A stretch of 39,505 nt of DNA from Chiloscyllium plagiosum (lineage: Eukaryota), in contig NC_057728.1 of the NCBI RefSeq assembly GCF_004010195.1, positions 47,411,305-47,450,809 of the forward strand, written 5' to 3'. A model generated the notes under the pieces. It was not told the origin of the DNA. It searched no databases and was given only the letters and a program-made list of their open reading frames with translations. This document shows positions 1 to 12,290 of this stretch, piece after piece (positions within the stretch are counted from its first letter, which is position 1; each line of letters opens with the position of its first letter). Position numbers and translations under genes: made by a program.

Positions 1-650
1 AACAATTTAAAATGTAAAGGGAAGAAAAAGACAAATAAAGGAATTTGGAAATAAAACGTGAACACCAAAGAGAGAATATGAGTTGGCCAAAGGAAAACTT
101 AAAGACATAGGAGGAAATAATACTTTGGAGGATACTTCTGATTTTAAAGTGGGATATAACTGTACTAAATCTACATTTAGTGCCTAAACTTACTGAAAAT
201 GGAATCATTTGGTATTTTACCTCATTTGAGAAGAAATCTGGACAAATAAAGAGGCCAATTATTACTTTAATGTTGAGAGCATTTTGACAAGTGCAGCTAT
301 GGCTGAGTACACTGTTTGGCTGAAGAATCATCTGCAGTGTGCAAAACTATCAGGCAATACTGAATGCTTAACAGCTTGTGCTTTAAGCTTAACAATTAAT
401 ATTTAGGACTACAAGAAAGAAACCTCATCGGACATTTGTAGGATTTGCAAGGAAAAAGAAATGCTAGAGGATGAGTGGTTTAGACCACTAAAGCTAGAGG
501 GAAAAAATTGAGAATATGAGGAAAAATTTGATTATGGAAGAATTCAAAAATAGCATTCCTGTAAATTTAAAACCTTACTTAAATGAGCATCAAGTATTAA
601 GGATAAGAGAATCAGCAATCTGACAGATGACAATAATACATCACACATAA
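1..650 (+). mobile_element. Decayed gag of a gypsy (Gmr1-like) LTR retrotransposon
   Basis: Frameshifted peptides LVPKLTENGIIWYFTSFEK, FRTTRKKPHRTFVGFARK and IMEEFKNSIPVNLKPYLNEHQV resemble the Gmr1-type capsid (LVPxFxExDVDxYFxxFEK; LILLEEFKNxLP..IKTYLNEQKV). Confidence 0.7.
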
Positions 651-769
651 TTACAATTGGGAGATCATCAAATGGAGTTGAAACCTGTCGCTCTTTGGTT
701 AAGTCTGAGTTGTGATGCACGCTAAGCTTTCTGCCATGAATCCTCGTGCATTTTTTCACCTTATCTAAC

Positions 770-1075
770 CAAATTCCCCCATGGATCACACCTTAAAATG
801 TTGGTGTCCAATTTCCAACATGGACATTGTTTGGAGCAAGCAGAATTCAAGTACTCACACTGGCTTTTCTTGTTCAGTTTTTCCAAAGTCTAGCTTTTTT
901 TCTCAAGTTTGGTAAGCTGGGAGACTAAATATTGATGAGGTGAGTTGCCAAACAAGAAACTTGCATGCCGCTCACAAAAATAAAGATAGGTACCGTGAAT
1001 TGATCCCAATTTCAAGATGGGGCTTGCTGTATGTATGTCACCTGATTCCACTACACAGTACTTCATTGCTTTTGA
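770..1075 (+). mobile_element. Possible integrase C-terminal remnant of the same gypsy element
   Basis: Fragments HTLKML, FGASRIQV..TGFS, NLHAAHKNKDRY and FKMGLAV resemble HQTLKxML / LFAVRExxQESxGFS / NLxxAQxxMKxxYD / FxxGDxV. Highly degraded. Confidence 0.4.
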
Positions 1076-1830
1076 AGAATCGAGAATGTGGTGCTGGAAA
1101 AGCACAGCAGGTCAGGCAGCATCAGAGGAGGAGAACAGACGTTTCAGGCAAGAGTCCTTCATAAGGAATTCACCAGTTTCCTTATTTTCCCTCCCCCCAC
1201 CTTAGATTAGATTCCATACAGTGTGGAAACAGGCCCTTCAGCCAACAAGTCTACACCGACCCTCCGAAGAGTAACCCACCCATTTTCCTCTGACTCATGC
1301 ACCTAACACTATGGACAATTTAGCATGGCCAATTCACCTGACCTGCACATCTTTGGACTGTGGGAGGAAACCAGAGCACGCGGAGGATACCCACGCAGAC
1401 ACGGAGAGAATGTGCAAACTCCACACAGACAGTCGGCCAAGACTGGAATCGAACCTGGGTCCCTAGCGCTTGTGAGGCAGCAGTGCTAACCACTGAGCCA
1501 CCGTCCCACCATCTTATCCCAGTTCCAACTTTCCAGCTCAGCACTGCCCTTATGATCTGTCCATCTTCCTTCCCACCTATCCGCTCCACCCTCCTCTCTC
1601 ACCAGTACCCCCACCTCTATCTACCTATCACACTCTCAACTACTTTGCCCCCAGACCCACCCCCTTCCATTTATCTCTCCACCCCTTCGGTTCACAAGTC
1701 TTGTTCCTGATAAAGGGCTCTTGCTCGAAATGCCAATTCTCATGCTCCTTGGATACTGCCTGACTTGCTGTGCTTTTCCAGCACCACACTCTCGACTCTG
1801 ATCTCCAGCATCTGCAGTCCTCACTTTCTC
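1076..1830 (+). mobile_element. Penelope-like element 3' end with inverted pseudo-LTR (family A); HE1 SINE nested inside
   Basis: 1076-1165 is the inverted copy of about 1705-1799. C-rich 3'UTR, degenerate hammerhead core (cctgataaagggctcttgctcgaaatgcc), ends cactttctc. Confidence 0.75.
1202..1510 (-). mobile_element. HE1-type (V-SINE) tRNA-derived SINE
   Basis: Minus strand: A box ggtggctcagtggttagc, B box ggttcgattcc, V-domain-like core, aatctaatcta tail. Confidence 0.9.
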
Positions 1831-1879
1831 ATACCCCTATAAGACTCTGCCCATGCAAATTCAAAAGTGCATTGAAGGA

Positions 1880-2770
1880 ATACCAGATGGACATTATCAA
1901 TACAAAGTCATACCCCATGGAATGAAAAAGGCATTGGCAACATTCTACAGATTAACCTACAAAGTCATTGAAGGACTATGTATCTGTTGTTTACATTAAT
2001 TATTTTGTTTTTCAGACAAAACTGGATATATCTGTACCACTTGACTAAATTTTTTGATTGGTTACAAAAAACCAATTTGCTTATAAATTTGGCTGAGTGC
2101 ATTTGGCAAGGCAAAGGTGATTTATTTCAACCACACTGAAATAAGGCCCAAGTATCGTCTTGCCTCATGTGTGTGGGGACCATTTCACTGCAACATGAAT
2201 TGATGGGATTGTAAAGTCTGTCAATTATTTTCCAAAGAAACATATCAGCAATATTCAATCACTGAAAGTGAAACAGTTGTGTGTTGGTGCTACATCATGA
2301 ACAACGTAGAAGGTATTGTCATTTATGCAGACCGCAATCTATTGATTTTCTTTGAAGAAGCTTGGTACAAAAACTTAAATATTTCATTGGAGCTTAATTC
2401 TTCAACCATGAGGGTGGCACGGTGGCTCAGTGGTTAGCACTGCTGCCTCACAGTACCAGGATCCAAGGTTCAATTCCAGCCACGGGCGACTGTCTGTGTG
2501 GCATTTGCATGTTCTCCCTGTGTCTGCGTGGGGTTCCTCTGGGTGCTCCCGTTTCCTCCCAGGTGAATTGGCCATGCTAAATTACCCATAGTGCTAGGTG
2601 CATTAGTCAGAAGGAAATGGGTCTGGGTAGGTTACTCTTCAGAGGGTCGACGTGGACTGGTTGGGCTGTAGGGCCTGTTTCCGCACTGTAGGGAATCTAA
2701 TCTAAATACAGTTGAAAATCATTCATCTACCTGGAAAAGAAAATGTTACAGCAGATGCTTTATCAAGAGC
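1880..2770 (+). mobile_element. Decayed gypsy pol (RT and RNase H), interrupted by an HE1 SINE
   Basis: RT fragment PDGHYQYKVIPHGMKKALATFYRL (consensus YQFKVMPFGMKNAPATFQR). RNase H fragments YSITESE, VIYADRNLL, FHWSLILQP and, after the SINE, LKIIHLPGKENVTADALSR. Confidence 0.8.
2412..2705 (+). mobile_element. HE1-type (V-SINE) tRNA-derived SINE
   Basis: A box ggtggctcagtggttagc, B box ggttcaattcc, tail gggaatctaatctaa. Homologous to 1202-1510. Confidence 0.9.
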
Positions 2771-2789
2771 ACGTATGAAGACACAATGT

Positions 2790-3341
2790 GGGACATTGGT
2801 GAGGCCATTTTTAGAATACGGTGTTCAGTTCTGGTCTCCCTGCAATAGGAAGAACATTGTTAAACTCCAAGTGGTTCAGAAGAGATTTAGAAGGATGTTG
2901 TTAGGATTGGAAGGTTTGAGCTATAGTGAGAGACTGAATAAGCTGGGGCTTTTTTCACTGAAGCATTGGAGGCTGAGGGATGGCCTTTAAAGAGGTTTAT
3001 AAAATCACAAATGGCATGTATAGGGTAAATAGCCATGGTCTTTTCCCCAGAAACAGGAGTCCAGAACTAGAGGGCATAGGTTTAAGGTGAGAGGGGCAAA
3101 ATAATAAGAGGGACCTAAAAGGGCAACTTTTTCAGAGTGTAGTGCTTATATGGAACGAGCTGCCAAAGGTGGTGTGGTGGTGGCATATACAATTACCAAA
3201 TTTAAAAGGCATCTGGATGGATACATGAATAGGAAGGGGTTAGAGGGATAAGGGCCAATTCAACTAGATTGGCTTATCTCTCATTGGCATGGGTGAGCTA
3301 GACCAAATGGTCCGTTTCAATGTTGTACAATGCTATGACTT
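2790..3341 (+). mobile_element. CR1/HER1-like LINE 3' fragment
   Basis: TLVRPFLEYGVQFWSP...LQVVQKRFRRML.GLEGLSYSERLNKLGLFSL, followed by a CR1-type 3'UTR ending ctatgact. Confidence 0.9.
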
Positions 3342-3487
3342 ATGCAAAATATGGTAACTGTGTAACCAATTATTTAATTTCAATGTCATTCCTGTTAATG
3401 TGAACGTTGCAATAATGTTAAGATAATTTTAGATTTGTAATGAAAATGCTATTTAAAGATTCATTTTCATTCTTTCCAGGGAGTACA

Positions 3488-4511
3488 TGCAACATAAGGC
3501 ATGTGATTTATCTATATTTTAATATCACTTATTTGAGTGTTAATATTTGAGCTATTGCAATATGGTTTTGGCTTGTGTGTCTGAAGAGATTCAATGATTA
3601 ACTTGCATGTATTTCTCTTGCCATTTTCATTTAAAACTGTCTGACAGAGATAATCTTTGGAGATTCTAGGTGTGAACGAAGTAAAAGTGCATCAGGATTT
3701 TAGTTTAGAAGGTCAAAGATTATGATTTTGTTTCTTTTAATTAGGGGAAACACTCATAGCTCAGGAATAAGCTTTTGGATTTCAGTTTGGCTGTTTTGCA
3801 GAAATCTGGGTTGAAGCTGAATTTGCAATTCAGTTGTTTCTGATTAATGGAGGTTTTAACTTCTTAATAAATATGTTACCTCAGTGTAAGCAGTTCCATT
3901 TGAAAGTTCCAGACCAGAAGTATTTCAATACAACCTGAAGGAATAATTTGAATCTGAGAAAATCTAAGCTCAGTTATATGAAGGCTCCAAGTAGAGGTTA
4001 TTGGTTGTCAAGGTGAGGAGTTGAAGCCAGAGTTAAATTAAGCCCTGTGGTACAAAAGGGAAGAGGATTCTCTCTGCTGAGTCCTATAAAGGTACAATTT
4101 TGGGATCAAAATGTCTTATGATCAGTTTATAAACCTTTAAACACATATTATATGCAAATAGCTTGGTTTATTCTACTTTATTCTTAATTTTGTTGATGGA
4201 AATGTGTTGCTGGAAAAGCGCAGCAGGTCAGGCAGCATCTAGGGAACAGGAGAATCGACGTTTCGGGCAGGGCTAATGCTTTTCCAGCAACACATTTCCA
4301 TCTCTGATCTCCAGCATCTGCAGACCTCACTTTCTCCTCTTAATTTTGTTGGCCTAATAAACTTGTTTTATTGTTAAACCAAATCTGCAGCAAAGCATAT
4401 TTGTAATGCAGCAAGAGACCACCTCATCAAAACCAAAGAAAACTGGTTCAAGCAAGGCAAATTTCAGTCTGGAATCTGACTTGAGAATTAGCATCAGTTG
4501 GAATCATAATA
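3488..4511 (+). mobile_element. Probable 3' LTR of the gypsy relic (interrupted at 4195-4337)
   Basis: Starts TG after a short purine tract, has AATAAA near 4357, and its end (tggaatctgactt...atcagttggaatcataata) is shared with 31420-31471. Confidence 0.5.
4195..4337 (+). mobile_element. Miniature fold-back Penelope-pLTR element (family A), internally deleted
   Basis: Terminal inverted arms gatggaaatgtgttgctggaaaagc / gcttttccagcaacacatttccatc. TSD tcttaattttgtt(g) at 4182-4194 and 4338-4350. Confidence 0.85.
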
Positions 4512-7340
4512 TTTGCTACAATGAAAAAATAATTAGAGATGTTTTGAACTTTTACCCCCTCACTTAACATTTGACAGTGGCAACATTCACAGTCAGCTTC
4601 CAGCATTAATAACCAAAATAAAATTAAGTGGTACAGGTATGTTGCCCAGAATTATCCATAATTGATAATGGATAATGGATGAGAATCTAAGGATGGAGTC
4701 AAGCTCAAACAGTTAAAGTGTCCTTATCCCACAAATTAATAGATGTACTCTCTTGAAGGCATCTATTTCTCTCCCTTACAAAAGAAAACACGGTACATAC
4801 AAATATCAGCAAAGGTTTCCATTGTATGTAGTTTTTACTGTGTCATAAAATAAAGAAACACCTCCCAGGTGGGAGTTCCCATGTGTATTCATAAATCAAG
4901 AACTAAAACCAATCCACAAATACGGTATCTTCATTAGTTCCAAAGTAAAAGTTTCAGATTTCAACTGAACAGCATGAGGTTATTGTGAAACTCTGATGTT
5001 TTGTGCAATGGCAGATATATATGTAACTGGCATTTATTTTAGTCTACAATATTATCAATCCACGTTTACAATGTATGAAACAATAATGTGATGAGATAAA
5101 TGTAATTTTATGCACATAACTAAAAAGACAGCATCCTGCAGAAACAAAATATTCCACGTCAAGATCTTATGGCACTTTTTTAATAAAACTAGTTTCCTTA
5201 TAAATGGCAGAGAATGTATGTCATAGCTACTGAAACACTGCGCAATAAATCTTTTTAAACCAATAAGAAATTTGGAGAAAGCAAATATTGCCAACAGGAC
5301 AACAAATGAGAGGCATAAACTGAATGAAAGATTAAGATGATCTGTGCTAATTTCCTGGACAACAGGAAATTAAAGCCTTAGTGGATGCTAGTATTCTTTT
5401 TGGACTCCCTATAATTGTGTAACCTAAATAAAAGTTTCTGGAAGTTTGTAAAGCTTTAGCTCAAGAAAAATTTTCATCACAAAAATAAACTTTAAACAAT
5501 GTACCTATAAACAGAAATGGATCTAGTTTTCAATGTAATAACTTTGTTTATTGTAATTTTAAGAATAGTGTTGAGGAATCCATCTTGAAAACGTTTAGTT
5601 CACAAACTAACAATTTATAAATCAATAACGGACACTTATTTTTTCCATGTAGAAGGAAGCTATTTGGTCTTTAGTGCTTGTACCTCTGACAGTCATCCAT
5701 TTAGTTCCTTTAACCTCTTCTATATCTACTTTATTTCTTTTTTAAAATATATATTTTGTTTCATATTTCCATGTCATTCCAATTAAATTCATATTAGTTA
5801 AGTGAGGCAGTACAAACTTTAGCCAGATTTAATATTTTAGCTAAAGAGAGAATTAACAGCATTTTATAACATTTGATCAAGCGAACAAATTATAGCAATT
5901 AGGTCATCACTCATCCCACAGAACATGCAATTTTCCATACAAGTACAGGGATAATATTGCTTAAAGGCTGGAAGGGGATAAGATATACTTTAAGGAACTA
6001 TTGAGAAGTAACTGAAAATAATGTTTCCAGTATATACCAGGTAATGCCTACTGTATGGGTACTCCAATAGGCTGGCAGGCTGCGTCTTTCTGGCATAGTG
6101 GTCACCACGTGCTGGAGGGGTGGTCTCGGTTAGGCAGTCTTGGTTTGGCGGTCTTGTCCCAGCATGGAGGTCTTCTTCAGCAACAGCATATAGGATTCCA
6201 ACATTCACCATTTTAATTGGTTTTCCCCGAACTGAAAGTGATCCGAGATGAACTCGGCCTTAATTTTTACTTTCTTCTTCTTATCTGTGACTTATGTCAT
6301 TGATACAGACACCACATTATGGCAACTTATAAAACTTTTCACTATTTTTTGTAAAAAACACAGGGCAATAAATTGCTATTCTATTCTGTTCAACTCTATG
6401 TATGGCCTTCACCTGGAAAATATTATACTGTGTCTGATGACTTTGGATGATGTACAATACCTCGTCTCTCACAATACCAAGATATCCCTCTTCAGTGGAA
6501 GCAGTAGGCAATAAAAAAACACTAACACCTATGCTCCTCAAATGCAGGGAAAGATCGTAATTGATAAATACCCTAAGAAAAGGTGGTTTAGGCTTCTCCA
6601 GCCTGCCTTCTTGAATTGTCCCATTCCATGGTAATTTACTTTATATGACTATACAAGGCATTTTGCACACTAAAAATATATATCATTGATGATATTCTAA
6701 GTAAAGGAAAGATTTTAAATACTTTAAACATTAAGTTTTTTTCATATGTAGACCTTAAATGGTTACCAATGCTTTAAGTTTAAATCAAAATAAGTAGAGC
6801 TATAAGAGCTGAAGCACAAAGTATTGTCTGATCAGTCAATGGCATTGTTATTGACTGTATGCTAAATCAGAGTTTTAGTTTTTGAGATATCATATTAACA
6901 TCCTCCAGAAACTCAGTTCGAATTAAACTGAAAACTCAAGTTTTCTTTGCACTAAAGACATTAGCTAAAGCTCTTCAAGGATGTTTATTTCAATTTAAAA
7001 GTTTCTTTGTTACATTTATATTAATGGGTAGCATACAAACTTATGTAATTTTACACCTTTCTTCCATGTACTTGACTTTAATGCCTTTGTAAAGTAAAAT
7101 GATCTTAAGTTTTCCATAATAAAAAGCAGTGCAAACAGGGATTTCCTTTTCAACAAAACATATTTGTACTAAAAATAGTCCCTTGTGAACACAGTACATA
7201 TGTTAGAAAGGAGAGTTATATATTACATTTACTTTTGTACACAATCAGAATACAAAATTTCAGGCTTTATACAACTGTTAGAAATTGTTCCACTGTACAT
7301 TTCTTATTATAGTAAAAATCAAAGTAAATCAAGTTATACA

Positions 7341-7346
7341 TTTATT
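7341..7346 (-). terminator. Candidate AATAAA polyadenylation signal of TBC1D15 (about 1.15 kb 3'UTR)
   Basis: tttatt on + strand, followed by U-rich sequence on - strand. Other AATAAA hexamers exist further downstream (e.g. about 6984). Confidence 0.35.
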
Positions 7347-8498
7347 GAACATGCTTTAATTGTTAACCATACATTAGAGTATGGATTGGAAATGCAGTAG
7401 CTTAAAAATATGCTTTTCAACATATATTCTCAGTTGATTAGAAGATATATAAAATTTTGTTTTGCATTTTGATAAGGAATATTAGGCTAAGCATTCCATT
7501 AATTGCAATTTAAAATAACTTTCTTGGCAGTTCTGACAATCTCTAGCAGTGCTATACCTTACAGGATCCCTGAAGAGAACTCTCCTGCTATCAACTAACT
7601 TCAGGTCTTATAGTCTCAGATTTAATGTTACAATGTGGTGAATATTCTTTAATTAATACTGCATATTAATGTATCACAGCAGAGAAACTTGTAAGCAATG
7701 TCTTCCTCCACAGCACTGTAGAATACAGTATTAAGCTGAAGTCTCATTTGAATGTTCACAGGTTATTTTACAAATACTTGCAATCAATTTTGTTAGAGCT
7801 ATCAGGATAGCTAATTCAAAATCTGTAGAGTAGCTCTAAAGTACTAGATTTATTTTAAGAACAAATATGTCCGGTGGAACTTTTTAACGACTTAACCAAC
7901 AGCTGACCAAATCCTCCATCCACTATATTGGTTTTCCTAAATCTTCAACTCACACAAAACTTGATCAAGAATGAAATATCTCACCCAAGTGCTCATTTTA
8001 GACGTCATTAAGCACCAATATGGATCAGACAAGCTAGTTATAAAGCTTATTTAAGAGCTACAAAAAAAATTATGTCTTTGATTTCAGGAGGAATTTTTAA
8101 GAGAAAACCCTCTTTCAATTAAATCACAGGTACTAATTAGATAAGCATTCATGAATTAACAAAATAATTATTTTTTTCTTAATATGAAACAAAACCTCAT
8201 TCCCATTCAACATTCATGTTTGACACGAGGAAGTCTGAAAAATCATTTCTATATGAAGGCCCTTATGGTTTTAAGTAATTAGAAAAATTAAATTTTCTTT
8301 GCATTCATTTTTTAAAAAACATTTGGAACTGCAACAGAGCACTTCTCATACCAATCCTGCACTTTCTTTCCTTAAACATATCTAAAACCACAGATCATTC
8401 CAAATACTGATATGTTATCTATGAAGACTTTTGCAAAAAAAAGTAAACAAATTGTGGCATCTCACTTGGCTAGGGTCACAAAATTTCAGATTTCAACT

Positions 8499-8717
8499 TC
8501 ATTCTACAGTCGTTGCCTTGCGCCCATTCTGAGCAGTGCTTGTATGTTCAGCTAAGTTTTCATTTGTCTGTGTTAAGGAGGCCACTGCCGAAACAGAATG
8601 GCTTGCCCTCCAGGAATTTTTGGTAACTCCTGACTCAGATGCATTGATTTCCAAATCAGGGGTTATAGTTGTGCTATCCTTTAGGCCGAGAATTTCACCA
8701 ACAGCCTGTGGCAAATC
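8499..8717 (-). CDS. TBC1D15: TBC1D15 last coding exon: DLPQAVGEILGLKDSTTITPDLEINASESGV...GRKATTVE*
   Basis: Acceptor tgtttag|GAT. LPQAVxEILGL matches the recalled human sequence. TGA stop at 8499-8501; the C-terminal tail is divergent. Confidence 0.93.
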   Translation of the reverse strand, partial: DLPQAVGEILGLKDSTTITPDLEINASESGVTKNSWRASHSVSAVASLTQTNENLAEHTSTAQNGRKATTVE

Positions 8718-9435
8718 CTAAACAATACACACAATAGTTTAAATTAAAAAAAAACACTTTAATTTCAAGTTTTTTCTTTTTTACTTAAAATGCACCATAC
8801 TATTATAATTTTAAACTGTAACCTTGGCAACGACAAGATACAGGAAATTGAAATATGGTTGTCAAAGGTTGCCATTGAAAACCTTTTGTTACTTTGTAAT
8901 TTCTCCATATTAACTGATAAGTCTATGCAACAGCAGAGATGATCAAGGGAGTTTTAAAGTGTGCATTCAGAACTGATTTGAGCATTTGAAAACGGAACAA
9001 TAGGCATCTGTACATACAATTTCAAATAGACTGTGTAGACACAACATAACACTAATAATATTAAACAAACGTTTTTAAATAAGTTTTGTTTAAACAAGAT
9101 GTACCACACAGTCTATAATCAAAGCTATTCATGTACATTTTCACTCGAATTAAACTGTATTGATAGCTTGAATCATTTATTACAAATATTACAGCTACTT
9201 TGAAATTAACAATCCTCATTGGACAAAATTGTGAACATGAATGAATAACTTAAGATTATAACATTTATTTTAATATCTAATTACCTGCATTAACAGTATT
9301 GCTCTATGCAATAAAAGCATTTATATTTTAATTAATAGCTGGTATAAAATGCACTTGTGTGATCCAAAAGGCTTGTCACATTGTCATGCATAATTCATTA
9401 CTGTGAGGTTAAATACTTCATGGCATATCACTCAC

Positions 9436-9522
9436 CTTACATTTCATCATTTGACAGTAAATTGCCTCTGCTTTACAAAGTACTTCTTCTACATCCAATT
9501 TCAAAGAAAGTTCATTGATATG
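9436..9522 (-). CDS. TBC1D15: TBC1D15 coding exon: HINELSLKLDVEEVLCKAEAIYCQMMKCK
   Basis: Acceptor ttcttag|CAT, donor AAG|gtgagt, 87 nt. Matches HINELSLK...LCKAEAI. Confidence 0.96.
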
Positions 9523-10589
9523 CTAAGAATACAAAAGTAACAAGTCCTCAATATGGATTTCAAGGAGGAAAAAAGCCAAATCCTGCATTATATAAAGTTT
9601 AAGGTAGATTAAGCCTGCTTGTGTGCGTAAAAGATGCAAGAGAATGACATTTCTTATCACTAGGTATGAAGAAAGAATTATGTTTTCCTTGAAGGAGGTT
9701 GGGAAGAGATCTGATAGAGATATTACAATCATTGAGTCTGGACATACTCGATAAGGAAAAACAAAATGTGACCATTGGTGGAAGGAATTAGAGCCTGGGT
9801 TTTCCATTGACCAGACATTCATTATTCCAGTGTGGATGGGAATTGCTTATGGAAACCCCATCATAGCAGATTCTAAATTAACTGCCTGGAAATTGTAGAC
9901 TTCAGTGGCACTTAAAAATCTCCAAACGGCTCGGTTTAAATCCAATACTTCAGGGGGTTTTAATGAAATTAAATAAGTAGCCACTGCAGAAAAATTAGAC
10001 TATTTAACTGGCCCCATAGTAACCTAAGACCCATCCCCAACTTCTCCTCTCCCACCCACTCCCCTGCACAAGCCAACACCCACCCTTCTTGACCTATTCT
10101 ACACACAGTTTTACTTAGCTGGTTTCCTTGCCAATTTGCTCCTACCCACTGAGCACCCTGTCCCCTCCCACTTGGCAGCTAATTCTGCTGGGAGCCTACT
10201 TTCTGATCACCGTACCTTCCAAACAGCCTAAAATCACACTTACCCTACGAACTTAACTTTTGACAGCAGCTGTTAATGTGCTCTCTAAACCTTTAAATTT
10301 CAGTATACAGCAGCTGACTGCTGTGAAATAGGGGTACCGTTTGCCTTCTGCTAACCGGTCTACATTATTAAAGAATTGTCAGAATAGAAGTGAGACTGCA
10401 CTTCTGGACAAGCCTTGATTAGAATCTCCATTCAAAACTGAGGAGCCCTCTTCTTTTGTAAAATGTGGAGCAATAATCAATGGAAGATTGCCACTTCCCA
10501 GAACATCTAGCCCCAGATGGCACAGATTTAAGGTAACTGGCAAAAGAAGCAACAACAACATCAGTAAGAATATTTTCAGTGACTGCATG

Positions 10590-10795
10590 GTTAGGAGCTG
10601 AAATGCAGAGCCTGATAGCTTTTATCAAGGCATTCAAGTGGAAATTCAATCATTACATGAAAATGAAGAAGGTGGAGTATGGGGTTAACACAGGAAATAG
10701 CAACAATGCGAATTGCTACTTTGGAGACCCAGCACTGACGTAATGGGCTGAATGGCCCCTCCTGTGCTGTAACTAACTGCTTGATTCTGATCTGA
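10590..10795 (+). mobile_element. Old CR1 3' tail fragment
   Basis: atgggctgaatggcccctcctgtgctgtaac, a CR1-type terminal motif. Confidence 0.55.
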
Positions 10796-10854
10796 AATAT
10801 TGGTAAAGCATGCAACTCTGCATCTGATCTTTTAATGTATAAATAATTAAGTAC

Positions 10855-10971
10855 CTTTAGAATTTCATTAAAGCCATAATGGTTTTCCATTATCTTCTGT
10901 TTTTCAGAGTCTAGTATAGCACAGCATATCAACAGATGAAAATTCTGGCAAGGCAATCCAGTCCACATAAC
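10855..10971 (-). CDS. TBC1D15: TBC1D15 coding exon: VMWTGLPCQNFHLLICCAILDSEKQKIMENHYGFNEILK
   Basis: Acceptor tctag|GTT, donor AAG|gtactt, 117 nt. Matches VMWTELPCTNFHLLLCCAIL...HYGFNEILK. Confidence 0.96.
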
Positions 10972-11476
10972 CTAGAAAACAAAGAGATTTTTTTTTCCCC
11001 CAATGCTTGTCAAAATTTAATTTCCTCCATTCTTATGATTTGATTATTACTACTGTGATCCCTTCCAGAATCAGGAGGAAGATATGAACATTGTTGATAA
11101 CAGTTCGGGTGTCAGCACTTTCAAAAAAATAATCTTCAAATATCTTCACAATTTAATTTTTTGTGGTCTGCTTCCCACCTGGTTGATGTAATAATTGTTC
11201 CATTTGTTTCTGTTAGCAGTATGTTCAGCTGAACATCTAGCTGAAGGCACATTTAAAAAAAAAATTCTCTCAATATTGTCAGGGAAACTAGAACTATATT
11301 CTCTCTAAATTACTCAGCTAAACAAAATCAAAAAATACTAAATGAGAGAGAACCAAATGATGCATACCTACACGAAAATTTCTACCCTTCCTTTTGGGAT
11401 CTACAAATCAAGTTTAGATACCGGTATGTTCCCGAAGACTTTGTTGTGAGTACATTAATGCAACCATGCTTTTTCA

Positions 11477-11526
11477 CCCCCAAATCCTCCACCCCCGCCC
11501 CCACCCCAAACACACACACACACACA
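11477..11526. repeat. C-run cluster followed by (CA)n microsatellite
   Basis: ccccc...cccccgccccc acccc then aaacacacacacacacac. Confidence 0.8.
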
Positions 11527-11899
11527 ATGGCAGACAAATATAACAAATATATATAGAACTAATTGATTATTCATTTTTTTGCTGGCATTTATAAGTTTGG
11601 ATCTTGGAATGAGAAGTAAACTTTCAAAATTAACTGACAATACCAAACTTACAGGAGTGGCACACAAATTATTACAAACTGCCTGCACAGGACACCTGTA
11701 CCCAAGTGGAATAGGCAGACATGTAGCAGAAGGCACTTAATGCAGATAGTGAAACGTGAGGCAATGCATTTTGTCACAAGGGATAGAGAGAGTCAGTTCA
11801 GACTGACAGCCCAGTTCTAAAATGTGTGCAGGAACAGAGGGACCTGGGGACACATGCATATTAATCTTTAATGGTACCAGTGTATACGGAATGATTTGC

Positions 11900-12290
11900 A
11901 AATTGTGTGGGGTCTTGGACTGCATAAGTAGAGGTATTGAGTACAAAAGCAGGCGAGTTGCTCTGAACTTGTTTGGGGGGCTCTAGTTAGACCTCAACCT
12001 GAATACTGAGTCTACTGCAAATCACCACACTTGAGGAAAAATGTAAAGGTCTTTGAAAGGGTGCTGAAAATAATGGAAAGTGAAAATAATTCCAAGGAAA
12101 GGAGATGGAAGAGAAATTTGATAGAGGTATAAACAAGTGTGACAGGCTTAGATCAGGTAGTCAAGGTACACAGACACAAGATTTTGGGCATGACATGCAG
12201 GGGCAAGTGAAGAACACTTTTAGTCAGCCAATGTACCTTCCCCATGAAGATGGTGAATGCAGAAACAAAGAATAATTTTAAAGGAAATTT
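11900..12290 (+). mobile_element. Degraded CR1 LINE fragment
   Basis: ggtattgagtacaaaagcagg...ctagttagacctcaacctgaatactg, a GIEYKS..LVRPxLEY-like stretch. Confidence 0.6.

Noticed and set aside
1017..1205. Recurrent short ORFs MWCWKSTAGQAAS / MCCWKSAAGQA (also at 12578 and 21431) as a peptide family
   Set aside because: They are chance translations of the repeated Penelope pLTR arm.
2412..2480. tRNA gene (A and B boxes)
   Set aside because: It continues into a SINE body and tail; it is a tRNA-derived SINE head.
6150..6240. Resemblance of VRGKPIKMVNVGILYAVAEED to Rho/Rac VDGKPVNLGLWDTAGQED
   Set aside because: The DxxGQ motif is absent and there is no flanking similarity; likely chance.
1..8400. 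TPH2 first exon expected downstream by mammalian synteny
   Set aside because: No TPH-like peptide (e.g. MQPAMMMFSSKYW, VFSLKNEVG) recognised in the window.
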